Source: a virus
Taxonomy: Duplodnaviria; Heunggongvirae; Uroviricota; Caudoviricetes
Virus record (IMG/VR): IMGVR_UViG_2690316348_000005
Length of the DNA stretch: 8,265 nucleotides
Direction: 5' to 3' (one strand)
The notes beneath the pieces were generated by a model. It saw only the letters and a program-made list of their open reading frames with translations, was not told where the DNA came from and ran no database searches. Both the position numbers and the translations under genes were made by a program. Positions 1 through 6,650 of the stretch are shown piece by piece; position 1 is the first letter of the stretch, and every line of letters starts with the position of its first letter.

Positions 1-73
1 AGGGAAAAATATCATCAGATGGCTGCTTAAAAAAAGAACAAATGGTAGTGTCCGCTATTGCCAGTACACCTCA
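1..73. repeat. Left arm of a 73-bp perfect terminal inverted repeat; reverse complement of 8193..8265
   Basis: Base-by-base comparison of 1..73 with the reverse complement of 8193..8265 gives 73/73 identity; the match ends at position 74 (t versus g). The arm contains the ATG of ORF 42..272. Confidence 0.9.
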
Positions 74-272
74 TCCATCACCGAAAAAAATTGGCTTTTA
101 CACCATTGGCGATAAAAGCATTTACCTGTATGACCTACGCCGCATGGATGAAATCATGGAGGCTCTTGATAATCGTTCGTCGATGGATTGGTGTGTTGCT
201 GTTCATGATATGAATGCAGGGTTTGATGAAAAGATTTTGTTCCCCTCATCAGTTGAAAGCACTGCGGGTTAA
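42..272 (+). CDS. Hypothetical protein, 76 aa; the reading frame is open back to the window start, so the gene may begin upstream
   Basis: ORF with ATG at 42 and TAA at 270..272. No Shine-Dalgarno sequence upstream of 42 and no in-frame stop between position 3 and 42. No family recognised. Confidence 0.3.
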   Translation: MVVSAIASTPHPSPKKIGFYTIGDKSIYLYDLRRMDEIMEALDNRSSMDWCVAVHDMNAGFDEKILFPSSVESTAG

Positions 273-282
273 GGAGTAACAC

Positions 283-450
283 ATGACCACTATTACCAAA
301 GAACGTATTGAATTGTTCATTAAAAACCCGCTTGAAAACGGGCTTACCCGTGGTGAACAAATGGAACTGGCACGGATTGCGCTGGCATCGCTGGAAGCAG
401 AGCCGGTTGTGTTCTGGTTTGAAAAATATCAAGAAGGGGCTACGGCATGA
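283..450 (+). CDS. Hypothetical small protein, 55 aa (not in the supplied ORF track because it is under 60 aa)
   Basis: ATG at 283 preceded by a consensus AAGGAG Shine-Dalgarno at optimal spacing. Stop TGA 448..450 overlaps the next ATG (ATGA). Shares an N-terminal MTTxT and an IAL(A/V)SL(E/A)AEP motif with the following ORF. Confidence 0.5.
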   Translation: MTTITKERIELFIKNPLENGLTRGEQMELARIALASLEAEPVVFWFEKYQEGATA

Positions 451-791
451 CGACTTTTACCAGAGAGCAGTTAATAGCTCACGCAGAGGAGACTATTGAA
501 GCACAGAGACTGTGCATACCGGGCACAATCGACCATGACATCATCCGCACATATAAGATGGATATTGCTGTTCTGGAAATCGCACTGGTATCGCTGGCAG
601 CAGAGCCAGCCGGTAAATTGCATGAATACAAACCAGTGGGATATCAGCGTCTGGTCGATGAGTTAACCATGCTGGTAAAGCAGTTAACCTGGCAACTGAG
701 GAAAGCGAAGCCAGACTGCAAATTACCGGATAAGGCGATGAGTTATCTGGAGCGGAACGGACTGATAAGCGTGGAGGATATTTTACGATGA
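447..791 (+). CDS. Hypothetical protein, 114 aa; paralog-like to the 283..450 product
   Basis: ATG at 447 overlaps the upstream stop. Shared motifs with the preceding ORF. Position is typical of small nin-region genes in lambdoid phages. Confidence 0.5.
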   Translation: MTTFTREQLIAHAEETIEAQRLCIPGTIDHDIIRTYKMDIAVLEIALVSLAAEPAGKLHEYKPVGYQRLVDELTMLVKQLTWQLRKAKPDCKLPDKAMSYLERNGLISVEDILR

Positions 792-871
792 CCTGGCCTG
801 AAGCATTAACAACGGTAGGAATTGCGATGGCGGTGGCGCTGGTGGTGTATTCGATTTGCCGCTGGGGATAA
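788..871 (+). CDS. Possible 27-aa hydrophobic peptide ([27 protein letters not shown]), translationally coupled to the upstream gene
   Basis: ATG 788..790 overlaps the TGA 789..791 of the upstream ORF (ATGA). One predicted transmembrane-like hydrophobic stretch. Very short, so coding status is uncertain. Confidence 0.25.
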   Translation: MTWPEALTTVGIAMAVALVVYSICRWG

Positions 872-1082
872 AAACGGTTTGCGGGAAAAGGAGAGTTAAG
901 TAGAATTGCAGCGGGTGCTTGAGGCTATCTGTCTCAGGCATGAACACCAAAAGGCAGATAGAGAAAAGCCCCAGTTAACATTACGCGTCCGGCAAGACGC
1001 TTAACATTAATCTGAGGCTCAATCTATGAACGGCAAATCTAGGTTAGCCTCTTACGTGCCGAAAGGCAAGGAGAAGCAGGCT

Positions 1083-1238
1083 ATGAAGCAGCAAAAGGCG
1101 ATGTTAATCGCCCTGATCGTCATCTGTTTAACCGTCATAGTGACGGCACTGGTAACGAGGAAAGACCTCTGCGAGGTACGAATTCGAACCGGCCAGACGG
1201 AGGTCGCTGTCTTCACAGCTTACGAACCTGAGGAGTAA
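1083..1238 (+). CDS. hokD: Hok/Gef-family type I toxin (HokD/RelF-like), 51 aa
   Basis: Translation MKQQKAMLIALIVICLTVIVTALVTRKDLCEVRIRTGQTEVAVFTAYEPEE matches my recollection of E. coli HokD. The ORF-track start at 1026 is an in-frame upstream extension. The gene is followed by a structured 3' region and a strong intrinsic terminator. Confidence 0.85.
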   Translation: MKQQKAMLIALIVICLTVIVTALVTRKDLCEVRIRTGQTEVAVFTAYEPEE

Positions 1239-1306
1239 GAGACCAGGCGGGGGAGAAATCCCTCGCCACCTCTGATGGGTCAGGCATCCTCAATGCACCC
1301 ACACTT

Positions 1307-1333
1307 AACCCGCTTCGGCGGGTTTTTGTTTTT
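1307..1333 (+). terminator. Rho-independent terminator downstream of hok
   Basis: Stem CCCGC (1309..1313), loop TTCG, stem GCGGG (1318..1322), followed by TTTTTGTTTTT. Confidence 0.75.
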
Positions 1334-1346
1334 ATTTTCAACGCGT

Positions 1347-1376
1347 TTGAAGTTTTAGATGGTGCCGGAATAGAAT
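1347..1376 (+). promoter_or_regulatory. Candidate sigma70 promoter upstream of the rem-like ORF
   Basis: -35 TTGAAG (1347..1352), 18-bp spacer, -10 TAGAAT (1371..1376). Sequence match only. Confidence 0.3.
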
Positions 1377-1458
1377 CAAAAATACTTAAGTAGCGCGCAG
1401 GGAGAAGAGGGATGGACCCCGAACAGGGGAGTGCTATTTATCTGGAAGGATTCTGTTG

Positions 1459-1740
1459 ATGAAAATCGAAGAATTACGTGAAATTTTTAGTGAAGATGGC
1501 CTCTATACTGTGCGCGTTGAGAATGGCGCTATTGTCAGCCACTGCCTTCCAGACTACACAATTCTGATAATTCAGCCGTCTTTGCCAGCAGGCACGGGCG
1601 GCGCTCTCACGCATTTAAATCTGATTGGTACCAGCATCCCCCATGCACTGAAGAACAGGCCGAATGGCTCATTCAGTGTTACCGCAGGCGCGGATGCGAG
1701 GTTAAAAAAGCCCTTAGCCTCGACTACCGTCACTGGATAA
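1459..1740 (+). CDS. Hypothetical protein, about 93 aa; Rem-like by position between hok and the DUF968 gene
   Basis: ORF with ATG at 1459 (the ORF track starts at TTG 1456) and an AAGGA-like ribosome-binding site upstream. The identity is from synteny with the Qin prophage order, not from sequence recognition. Confidence 0.4.
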   Translation: MKIEELREIFSEDGLYTVRVENGAIVSHCLPDYTILIIQPSLPAGTGGALTHLNLIGTSIPHALKNRPNGSFSVTAGADARLKKPLASTTVTG

Positions 1741-1815
1741 TCTCCGTCAGGCTCCCTTACTCCGAACGGCCAACGCGTCCGTCCCGCACATTCCAGCAAC
1801 GGATCTGGAGGTAAT

Positions 1816-2874
1816 GTGCGGGTATTACTTCGACCTGTTCTGGTACCGGAACTCGGTCTGGTTATCGTTAAGCCAGGCCGTGAATCAATGTCAGCATTCC
1901 ATAACGGCAGAATACTGGTGGAGCCGGAACCAAAAAGCATGCGTAATCTGCCGTCCGGGGTCGTTCCTGCCGCTCGCCAGCCGCTGGTGGAAGACAAAAC
2001 ATTGCTGCCGTTTTTCAGTAACGCACGGGTGATTCGTGCTGCTGGTGGTGCTGGTGCATTGTCTGACTGGCTGTTGCGCCATATTAAATCCTGCCAGTGG
2101 CCACACGGCGATTATCATCACAGCGAAACCGTCATTCACCGTTATGGTACCGGCGCAATGGTGTTGTGCTGGCACTGCGACAACCAGCTGCGTGACCAGA
2201 CATCCGAATCACTCGAGCAACTTGCTCATCAAAACCTGTCAGCATGGATGATTGACGTCATCGGTCACGCAATAAGCGGTACGCAGGAGCGTGAATTATC
2301 TCTGGCTGAATTATCCTGGTGGGCGGTCCGCAATCAGGTGGCGGACGCGCTACCGGAAGCGGTATTACGTCGTTCGCTGGGGTTGCGTGCGGAAAAAATT
2401 CGCTCTGTGTACAGTGAAAGCGACATCATACCGGGAGAGCAGACAGCCACCAGCATACTGAAGCAGCGCACAAAAAATATTGCGTTACTGCCTCACGTCC
2501 ACCAGCAACAGAACCCACCACAGGAAAAGACGGTGGTCAGCATTGCCGTTGATCCGGAGTCACCGGCTCAGTATCTCCAGCGCCAGAAATCACAACGGGA
2601 AGAGATGCCTGTATACACGCGCTGGGTAAAAACGCAGAAATGCATGACGTGTGGCAATCAGGCAGATGATCCGCATCACATCATTGGTCATGGACTGGGA
2701 GGGATGGGAACAAAGGCTGATGATTTGTTTGTTATTCCGTTATGCCGTAAATGCCGTAACGAACTACATGCCGGAGTAAAAGATTTTGAAGAGAAACACG
2801 GCAGTCAGCTGTTGTTGCTGATTCGTTTTTTAATGCACGCGAGAAATTCGGGTGTTCTGAAGTGGAAAGCATAA
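1816..2874 (+). CDS. DUF968/YdfU-like prophage protein with a C-terminal HNH-like Cys/His motif, 352 aa
   Basis: Long ORF with GTG start at 1816 and a GGAGG Shine-Dalgarno 4 nt upstream. C-terminal CMTCGNQADDPHHIIGHG...IPLCRKCRNELH resembles an HNH/zinc-finger motif. The stop is immediately followed by the rusA ATG. Start codon is uncertain; an internal ATG near 1888 is an alternative. Confidence 0.65.
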   Translation: MRVLLRPVLVPELGLVIVKPGRESMSAFHNGRILVEPEPKSMRNLPSGVVPAARQPLVEDKTLLPFFSNARVIRAAGGAGALSDWLLRHIKSCQWPHGDYHHSETVIHRYGTGAMVLCWHCDNQLRDQTSESLEQLAHQNLSAWMIDVIGHAISGTQERELSLAELSWWAVRNQVADALPEAVLRRSLGLRAEKIRSVYSESDIIPGEQTATSILKQRTKNIALLPHVHQQQNPPQEKTVVSIAVDPESPAQYLQRQKSQREEMPVYTRWVKTQKCMTCGNQADDPHHIIGHGLGGMGTKADDLFVIPLCRKCRNELHAGVKDFEEKHGSQLLLLIRFLMHARNSGVLKWKA

Positions 2875-3255
2875 ATGACCGAGCGCATAGAATTTGTTTT
2901 ACCTTACCCGCCGACGGTGAACACTTACTGGCGTCGTCGTGGCAGCACATATTTTGTATCAAAAGCCGGGGAGCGTTATCGCCGGGCAGTGGCGCTTATT
3001 GTTCGCCAGCAGCGGCTGAAATTAAGCCTGTCCGGAAGGTTGGCAATAAAAATTATTGCAGAACCACCGGATAAGCGCCGCCGTGACCTGGACAATATTC
3101 TGAAAGCGCCGCTGGATGCGCTGACGCATGCGGGGTTGCTAATGGACGATGAGCAGTTTGATGAAATCAATATCGTTCGTGCTCAGCCAGTATCTGGTGG
3201 ACGTCTGGGGGTGAAGATTTATCCCATAATGCTTGAAGGGCAGGTCAAAAAATGA
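2875..3255 (+). CDS. rusA: RusA-family Holliday junction resolvase, 126 aa
   Basis: Translation carries the RusA-like core ...PPDKRRRDLDNILKAPLDALTHAGLLMDDEQ... with conserved acidic residues, and the size matches RusA. Sits directly upstream of the Q-like gene, as in lambdoid nin regions. Confidence 0.88.
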   Translation: MTERIEFVLPYPPTVNTYWRRRGSTYFVSKAGERYRRAVALIVRQQRLKLSLSGRLAIKIIAEPPDKRRRDLDNILKAPLDALTHAGLLMDDEQFDEINIVRAQPVSGGRLGVKIYPIMLEGQVKK

Positions 3256-4073
3256 AACTGGAAGATTTACCGAAATACTACTCCCCAAAATCCCCCGGCC
3301 TGACTGATGCATCGGCCTCAACGTCGAAAGATGCGCTGAGTATCACTGATGTGATGGCCGCGCAGGGCATGACACAGAATCGGGCTGAGATGGGGGTTTC
3401 TGCGTTCCTTGGGAAAATGGGCATTAGTATGAATGACAGAGAGCGGGCAACAGAATTGCTGACAGAATATGCACTCAGTCGGTGTGATCGCGTGGCGGCG
3501 TTAAGAAAACTCCCGGCAGAAATAAAACCGGCAGTGATGCGTATTATGGCTTCGTATGCGTTTGAAGATTATGCCCGTAGCGCGGCGAGCAAAAAACAGT
3601 GCCCCTGCTGTCACGGAAAAAAATTTATTGAAAGCGAGGTTTTTACAAACAAGATCCAGTATCCGGATGGTAAGCCGCCGGTATGGGCAAAGTGTACGAA
3701 AGGTGTGTATCCGTCTTACTGGGAAGAATGGAAAAAAGTCAGGGAGGTGGTAAAAGTTGCCTGTCCGGAGTGTGGCGGAAAGGGTGAGGTTTCCACCGCC
3801 TGTAAGGATTGCCGTGGGCGTGGTGTCGCCATTCATCGTGAAGAGTCGGTAAAACGTGGTATGCCTGTTATCAGAGACTGCCAGCGTTGTGGTGGTCGTG
3901 GCTATGAAAGACTACCATCAACGGAGGCATTTAATGCTATATGCGAGGTGACAAACCAGATAACACGCGCGTCATGGGAAAAAACAGTTAAGAAATTTTA
4001 TGATGCGCTGGTGACCCGGTTTGATATTGAAGAAGCATGGGCTGAGCGGCAGTTAAAAAAGGTAACTAGGTAA
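3252..4073 (+). CDS. Putative late-gene antiterminator Q-like protein with four CxxCxGxG zinc-finger repeats, 273 aa
   Basis: ATG overlaps the rusA stop (ATGA). Contains CPCCHGKK, CPECGGKG, CKDCRGRG and CQRCGGRG repeats. Lies immediately upstream of a pR'-like promoter whose initial transcribed sequence is ACGATGGG. The Q assignment is by position and zinc motifs, not by a confirmed homology match. Confidence 0.6.
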   Translation: MKLEDLPKYYSPKSPGLTDASASTSKDALSITDVMAAQGMTQNRAEMGVSAFLGKMGISMNDRERATELLTEYALSRCDRVAALRKLPAEIKPAVMRIMASYAFEDYARSAASKKQCPCCHGKKFIESEVFTNKIQYPDGKPPVWAKCTKGVYPSYWEEWKKVREVVKVACPECGGKGEVSTACKDCRGRGVAIHREESVKRGMPVIRDCQRCGGRGYERLPSTEAFNAICEVTNQITRASWEKTVKKFYDALVTRFDIEEAWAERQLKKVTR

Positions 4074-4078
4074 CAAGG

Positions 4079-4114
4079 TTGATTTTTCCGGAATCTGTGG
4101 TAAATTCGTTATAA
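4079..4114 (+). promoter_or_regulatory. pR'-like late promoter with a likely qut region
   Basis: -35 TTGATT (4079..4084), 16-bp spacer, -10 TAAATT (4101..4106), then ACGATGGG. This closely resembles the lambda pR' -10 and initial transcribed sequence as I recall it. Confidence 0.6.
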
Positions 4115-4154
4115 CGATGGGCGTTTTATGCCTGACGTTAGAAGAGTTTCTACA

Positions 4155-4178
4155 ACCCGCCGCCGAGCGGGTTTTTTA
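4155..4178 (+). terminator. tR'-like intrinsic terminator, about 65 nt downstream of the putative late transcription start
   Basis: Stem CCCGC (4156..4160), loop CGCCGA, stem GCGGG (4167..4171), then TTTTTT (4172..4177). Confidence 0.65.
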
Positions 4179-4297
4179 TGACTGAAATCGCGTCAGTACA
4201 GTAAACGCGCTGGTGGCGGTGAATACCTGTCTTTCAGCTTGCTGGCTTTTTCGACAAGAGTTATTGGTGTGTCACGTTAACCGGAAAAGGAAAAGAC

Positions 4298-4495
4298 ATG
4301 CTAAAACAGCAGGATATGACAGAAACCGCCAGAGTGGTGTTTAATGAATTAAGCGTTACCGAACCGGCGACAGTCGGGGAGATAGCGCAGAATACTTACC
4401 TTTCACGCGAACGCTGCCAGTTAATACTGACCCAGCTGGTTATGGCGGGTCTGGCAGACTATCAGTTCGGTTGTTACAGACGCCTTCCGCAGTGA
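4298..4495 (+). CDS. Small putative winged-helix DNA-binding protein, 65 aa
   Basis: ATG at 4298 with an AAGGAAAAG ribosome-binding site upstream. The segment TVGEIAQNTYLSRERCQLILTQLVMAGL has a helix-turn-helix-like pattern. No specific family recognised. Confidence 0.45.
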   Translation: MLKQQDMTETARVVFNELSVTEPATVGEIAQNTYLSRERCQLILTQLVMAGLADYQFGCYRRLPQ

Positions 4496-4524
4496 AGGCT
4501 TTTTTATTTGTGGTAAATGGGCGG

Positions 4525-4551
4525 CTGGTGGGTGTTAGGGGCACCCACCAG
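4525..4551 (+). other. Perfect 10-bp stem hairpin (CTGGTGGGTG / CACCCACCAG, 7-nt loop) between the small wHTH gene and the methyltransferase
   Basis: Exact inverted repeat read from the sequence. Not followed by a T-run, so it is unlikely to be an intrinsic terminator. Confidence 0.4.
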
Positions 4552-4645
4552 CCATCTGCTCATGCGTTGGGTTCACAAGCAAACCTCAGGCCCACTGCTT
4601 TGCGCAAAAGCAGAATGAGCCTATCAGAGACAGGCTTAATGATCC

Positions 4646-5704
4646 ATGCTTAATACTGTAAAAATATCCAGTTGTGAGTTAATCAACGCCGACTGCCTGG
4701 AATTTATCCGGTCGTTACCCGAAAATTCTGTTGACCTGATAGTCACGGACCCGCCGTACTTTAAAGTGAAGCCTGAGGGCTGGGATAACCAGTGGAAGGG
4801 CGACGATGATTACCTGAAGTGGCTGGACCAGTGTCTGGCGCAGTTCTGGCGGGTGCTGAAACCTGCCGGAAGTCTTTACCTGTTCTGTGGTCATCGCCTG
4901 GCATCTGATATCGAAATCATGATGCGTGAACGCTTCAGTGTGCTGAACCATATTATCTGGGCGAAGCCGTCCGGACGCTGGAACGGATGCAACAAGGAAA
5001 GCCTGCGGGCGTATTTCCCCGCCACAGAGCGCATTCTGTTCGCGGAACATTATCAGGGGCCGTATCGTCCGAAAGATGCCGGGTATGCGGCGAAGGGCAG
5101 TGCACTGAAACAGCATGTGATGGCCCCGCTGATTTCTTACTTTCGTGATGCGCGAGCTGCCCTGGGGATAACGGCAAAACAGATTGCAGATGCCACAGGA
5201 AAGAAAAACATGGTGTCGCACTGGTTCAGTGCCGGTCAGTGGCAGTTGCCGAATGAAAGCGATTATCTGAAATTACAGGCGCTGTTTGCCCGGGTGGCAG
5301 AAGAGAAGCATCGGCGTGGTGAACTGGAAAAGCTCCACCACCAGCTGGTGGATACGTATACCTCACTGAACCGGCAGTATGCGGAGCTGCTGAGTGAATA
5401 TAAACATCTGCGGCGGTATTTTGGCGTGACGGTGCAGGTGCCGTATACCGATGTGTGGACGCATAAACCGGTGCAGTTCTATCCCGGGAAACATCCGTGC
5501 GAAAAACCGGCAGAAATGCTGCAGCAGATAATCAGCGCTAGCAGTCGTCCGGGTGACCTGATTGCAGATTTTTTCATGGGGTTGGGTTCGACAGTGAAAG
5601 CGGCACTGGCGCTCGGGCGTCGTGCAATTGGCGTTGAGCTGGAGACTGAACGTTTTGAGCAGACGGTTCGGGAAGTACAGGATTTAGTCAGCCAGAACGG
5701 ATGA
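4646..5704 (+). CDS. Orphan beta-class DNA methyltransferase (N6-adenine/N4-cytosine family, probably N6-adenine), 352 aa
   Basis: Catalytic motif IV DPPY (LIVTDPPYF) lies N-terminal to the SAM-binding motif I FxGxG (DLIADFFMGLGST), which is the beta-class order. No adjacent restriction endonuclease candidate is visible. Confidence 0.88.
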   Translation: MLNTVKISSCELINADCLEFIRSLPENSVDLIVTDPPYFKVKPEGWDNQWKGDDDYLKWLDQCLAQFWRVLKPAGSLYLFCGHRLASDIEIMMRERFSVLNHIIWAKPSGRWNGCNKESLRAYFPATERILFAEHYQGPYRPKDAGYAAKGSALKQHVMAPLISYFRDARAALGITAKQIADATGKKNMVSHWFSAGQWQLPNESDYLKLQALFARVAEEKHRRGELEKLHHQLVDTYTSLNRQYAELLSEYKHLRRYFGVTVQVPYTDVWTHKPVQFYPGKHPCEKPAEMLQQIISASSRPGDLIADFFMGLGSTVKAALALGRRAIGVELETERFEQTVREVQDLVSQNG

Positions 5705-5744
5705 TATTGAAGAATTAATTACGCGTCGTTATTATGCGGCTCCC

Positions 5745-5820
5745 GGCCCTTTAGCTCAGTGGTGAGAGCGAGCGACTCATAATCGCCAGGTCGCTGGTTC
5801 AAATCCAGCAAGGGCCACCA
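5745..5820 (+). tRNA. ileZ: tRNA-Ile2-like, anticodon CAT (presumed lysidine-modified, reads AUA)
   Basis: Manual cloverleaf: 7-bp acceptor GGCCCTT/AAGGGCC, D-arm with GG, anticodon loop CTCATAA, T-loop TTCAAAT, encoded CCA. Overall resemblance to E. coli ileX. The Ile-versus-Met call rests on that resemblance. Confidence 0.8.
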
Positions 5821-5827
5821 TCACATA

Positions 5828-5904
5828 CCGCCATTAGCTCATCAGGAAAGAGCGCCAGCCTTCGAAGCTGGCTGCGCGGGGTTCAAGTCCCCGATGGCGG
5901 TCCA
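5828..5904 (+). tRNA. argN: tRNA-Arg, anticodon TCG
   Basis: Manual cloverleaf: acceptor CCGCCAT/ATGGCGG (C1-G72), anticodon stem CCAGC/GCTGG, loop CTTCGAA, T-loop TTCAAGT, encoded CCA. The gene symbol is by position in a 933W-like ileZ-argN-argO cluster and is tentative. Confidence 0.75.
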
Positions 5905-5917
5905 TTATCTGCATCAT

Positions 5918-5994
5918 GCGTTGTTAGCTCAGCCGGACAGAGCAATTGCCTTCTAAGCAATCGGTCACTGGTTCGAATCCAGTACAGCGCGCCA
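5918..5994 (+). tRNA. argO: tRNA-Arg, anticodon TCT (reads AGA)
   Basis: Manual cloverleaf: acceptor GCGTTGT/ACAGCGC with a U4-G69 wobble, anticodon stem ATTGC/GCAAT, loop CTTCTAA, T-loop TTCGAAT, encoded CCA. The gene symbol is by position and is tentative. Confidence 0.8.
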
Positions 5995-6128
5995 TATTCA
6001 TTCTTCCAGATTCCTTCCGGCAGAGCCTTATACTGAAATATACCTGGCTCAGGATATTGTTGAAAATATTTTATGTTTGTCAAAAATAAAAGTTCTGTTA
6101 AGTATTGATTGAGTGTTTGTTATACGGT

Positions 6129-6458
6129 CTAATGGTTTTTTCAGCATTAAATATTTATCATTCATATGGTGTGGGTAGAGTGAATATTGATGAGGCGTCG
6201 GGGTGTTTCATCCTTAGGCAGCGTATTGATATAGTCAATGCAGCACGAGCAAAGGCCTTCAGCCGTTTGACAGTTTTGTTCTGTACTCCTGATCGTCTTT
6301 CGGGAAGAGACGTTATTATTCTGAATAGTGATGCTATACAGAGGGTTTGCGATGAGTTCATGGTTGCTAATTCAGAATTATTTGCTCTTGTTCAGGAGTA
6401 CAACAGAATAGCCAGGACCTGTGGTATGGATGAACTTCGGATTACTCATCTGGGGTAG
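6129..6458 (+). CDS. Hypothetical protein (about 109 aa from ATG 6129; 117 aa from TTG 6105) in the segment inserted after the first tRNA cluster
   Basis: ORF beginning in an AT-rich stretch with a candidate promoter TTGATT (6105..6110), 17-bp spacer, TCTAAT. No clear Shine-Dalgarno and no recognised family. Confidence 0.3.
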   Translation, partial: LMVFSALNIYHSYGVGRVNIDEASGCFILRQRIDIVNAARAKAFSRLTVLFCTPDRLSGRDVIILNSDAIQRVCDEFMVANSELFALVQEYNRIARTCGMDELRITHLG

Positions 6459-6650
6459 ATACATATCTGGATTATCACCTGTTACGGTAAAAAGTGATTG
6501 CTTACTGTTTTTGTGAATGGCATTGCAGCAGCCGGATAATGTCAGTGCTGGCTGACGGTGTGCTGGTGGCGGGTGTGGTGGTTGTTGCTTTCCCGTTGCT
6601 GAAAAAGAAAACGCCAGACTGTTAGCCGGGTATCAGTTAGCGGGAGAAAT

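Larger units (their letters stand above)
5673..5994 (+). repeat. Direct repeat A, copy 1 (322 bp): last 32 bp of the methyltransferase gene plus the 3-tRNA cluster
   Basis: Identical to 6857..7178 (offset 1184 bp) except one G/A difference at 5987 versus 7171. Homology stops within a few bases after the 3' CCA end of the third tRNA. Confidence 0.9.

Noticed and set aside
154-432. Minus-strand ORF (92 aa) overlapping ORFs 42..272 and 283..450
   Set aside because: Antisense shadow of well-supported plus-strand genes; no ribosome-binding site or independent support.
1026-1238. Longer 70-aa version of the hok ORF as a possible Mok-like frame
   Set aside because: It is an in-frame N-terminal extension of hok, not a separate overlapping frame as mok is. 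The internal ATG at 1083 gives the canonical 51-aa Hok.
1572-2175. Minus-strand ORFs 1572..1997 and 1891..2175, plus plus-strand ORFs 1814..2032 and 2036..2251
   Set aside because: All overlap the long DUF968 reading frame in other frames or on the antisense strand. These are typical spurious ORFs in GC-rich coding DNA.
4471-4653. ORF (60 aa) spanning the intergenic region between the wHTH gene and the methyltransferase
   Set aside because: No ribosome-binding site, overlaps the 3' end of the wHTH gene and the perfect hairpin; the region is more likely regulatory.
4715-5221. Minus-strand ORFs 4715..5221 and 4953..5177 inside the methyltransferase gene
   Set aside because: Antisense to a gene with clear catalytic motifs.
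5883-6083. Minus-strand ORF (66 aa) overlapping the tRNA-Arg genes
   Set aside because: Overlaps two well-folding tRNA genes; spurious.
6539-6625. 28-aa hydrophobic ORF (MSVLADGVLVAGVVVVAFPLLKKKTPDC) as a possible type I toxin-like peptide
   Set aside because: No Shine-Dalgarno sequence, and the GC-rich GTG/GGT-repeat composition readily yields hydrophobic open frames by chance. Kept only as a low-priority note.
5995-6650. Shiga toxin genes downstream of the tRNA cluster, as in 933W-like phages
   Set aside because: The only ORF there is about 110 aa, with no resemblance I can see to StxA (about 315 aa) or StxB (about 89 aa with a signal peptide).
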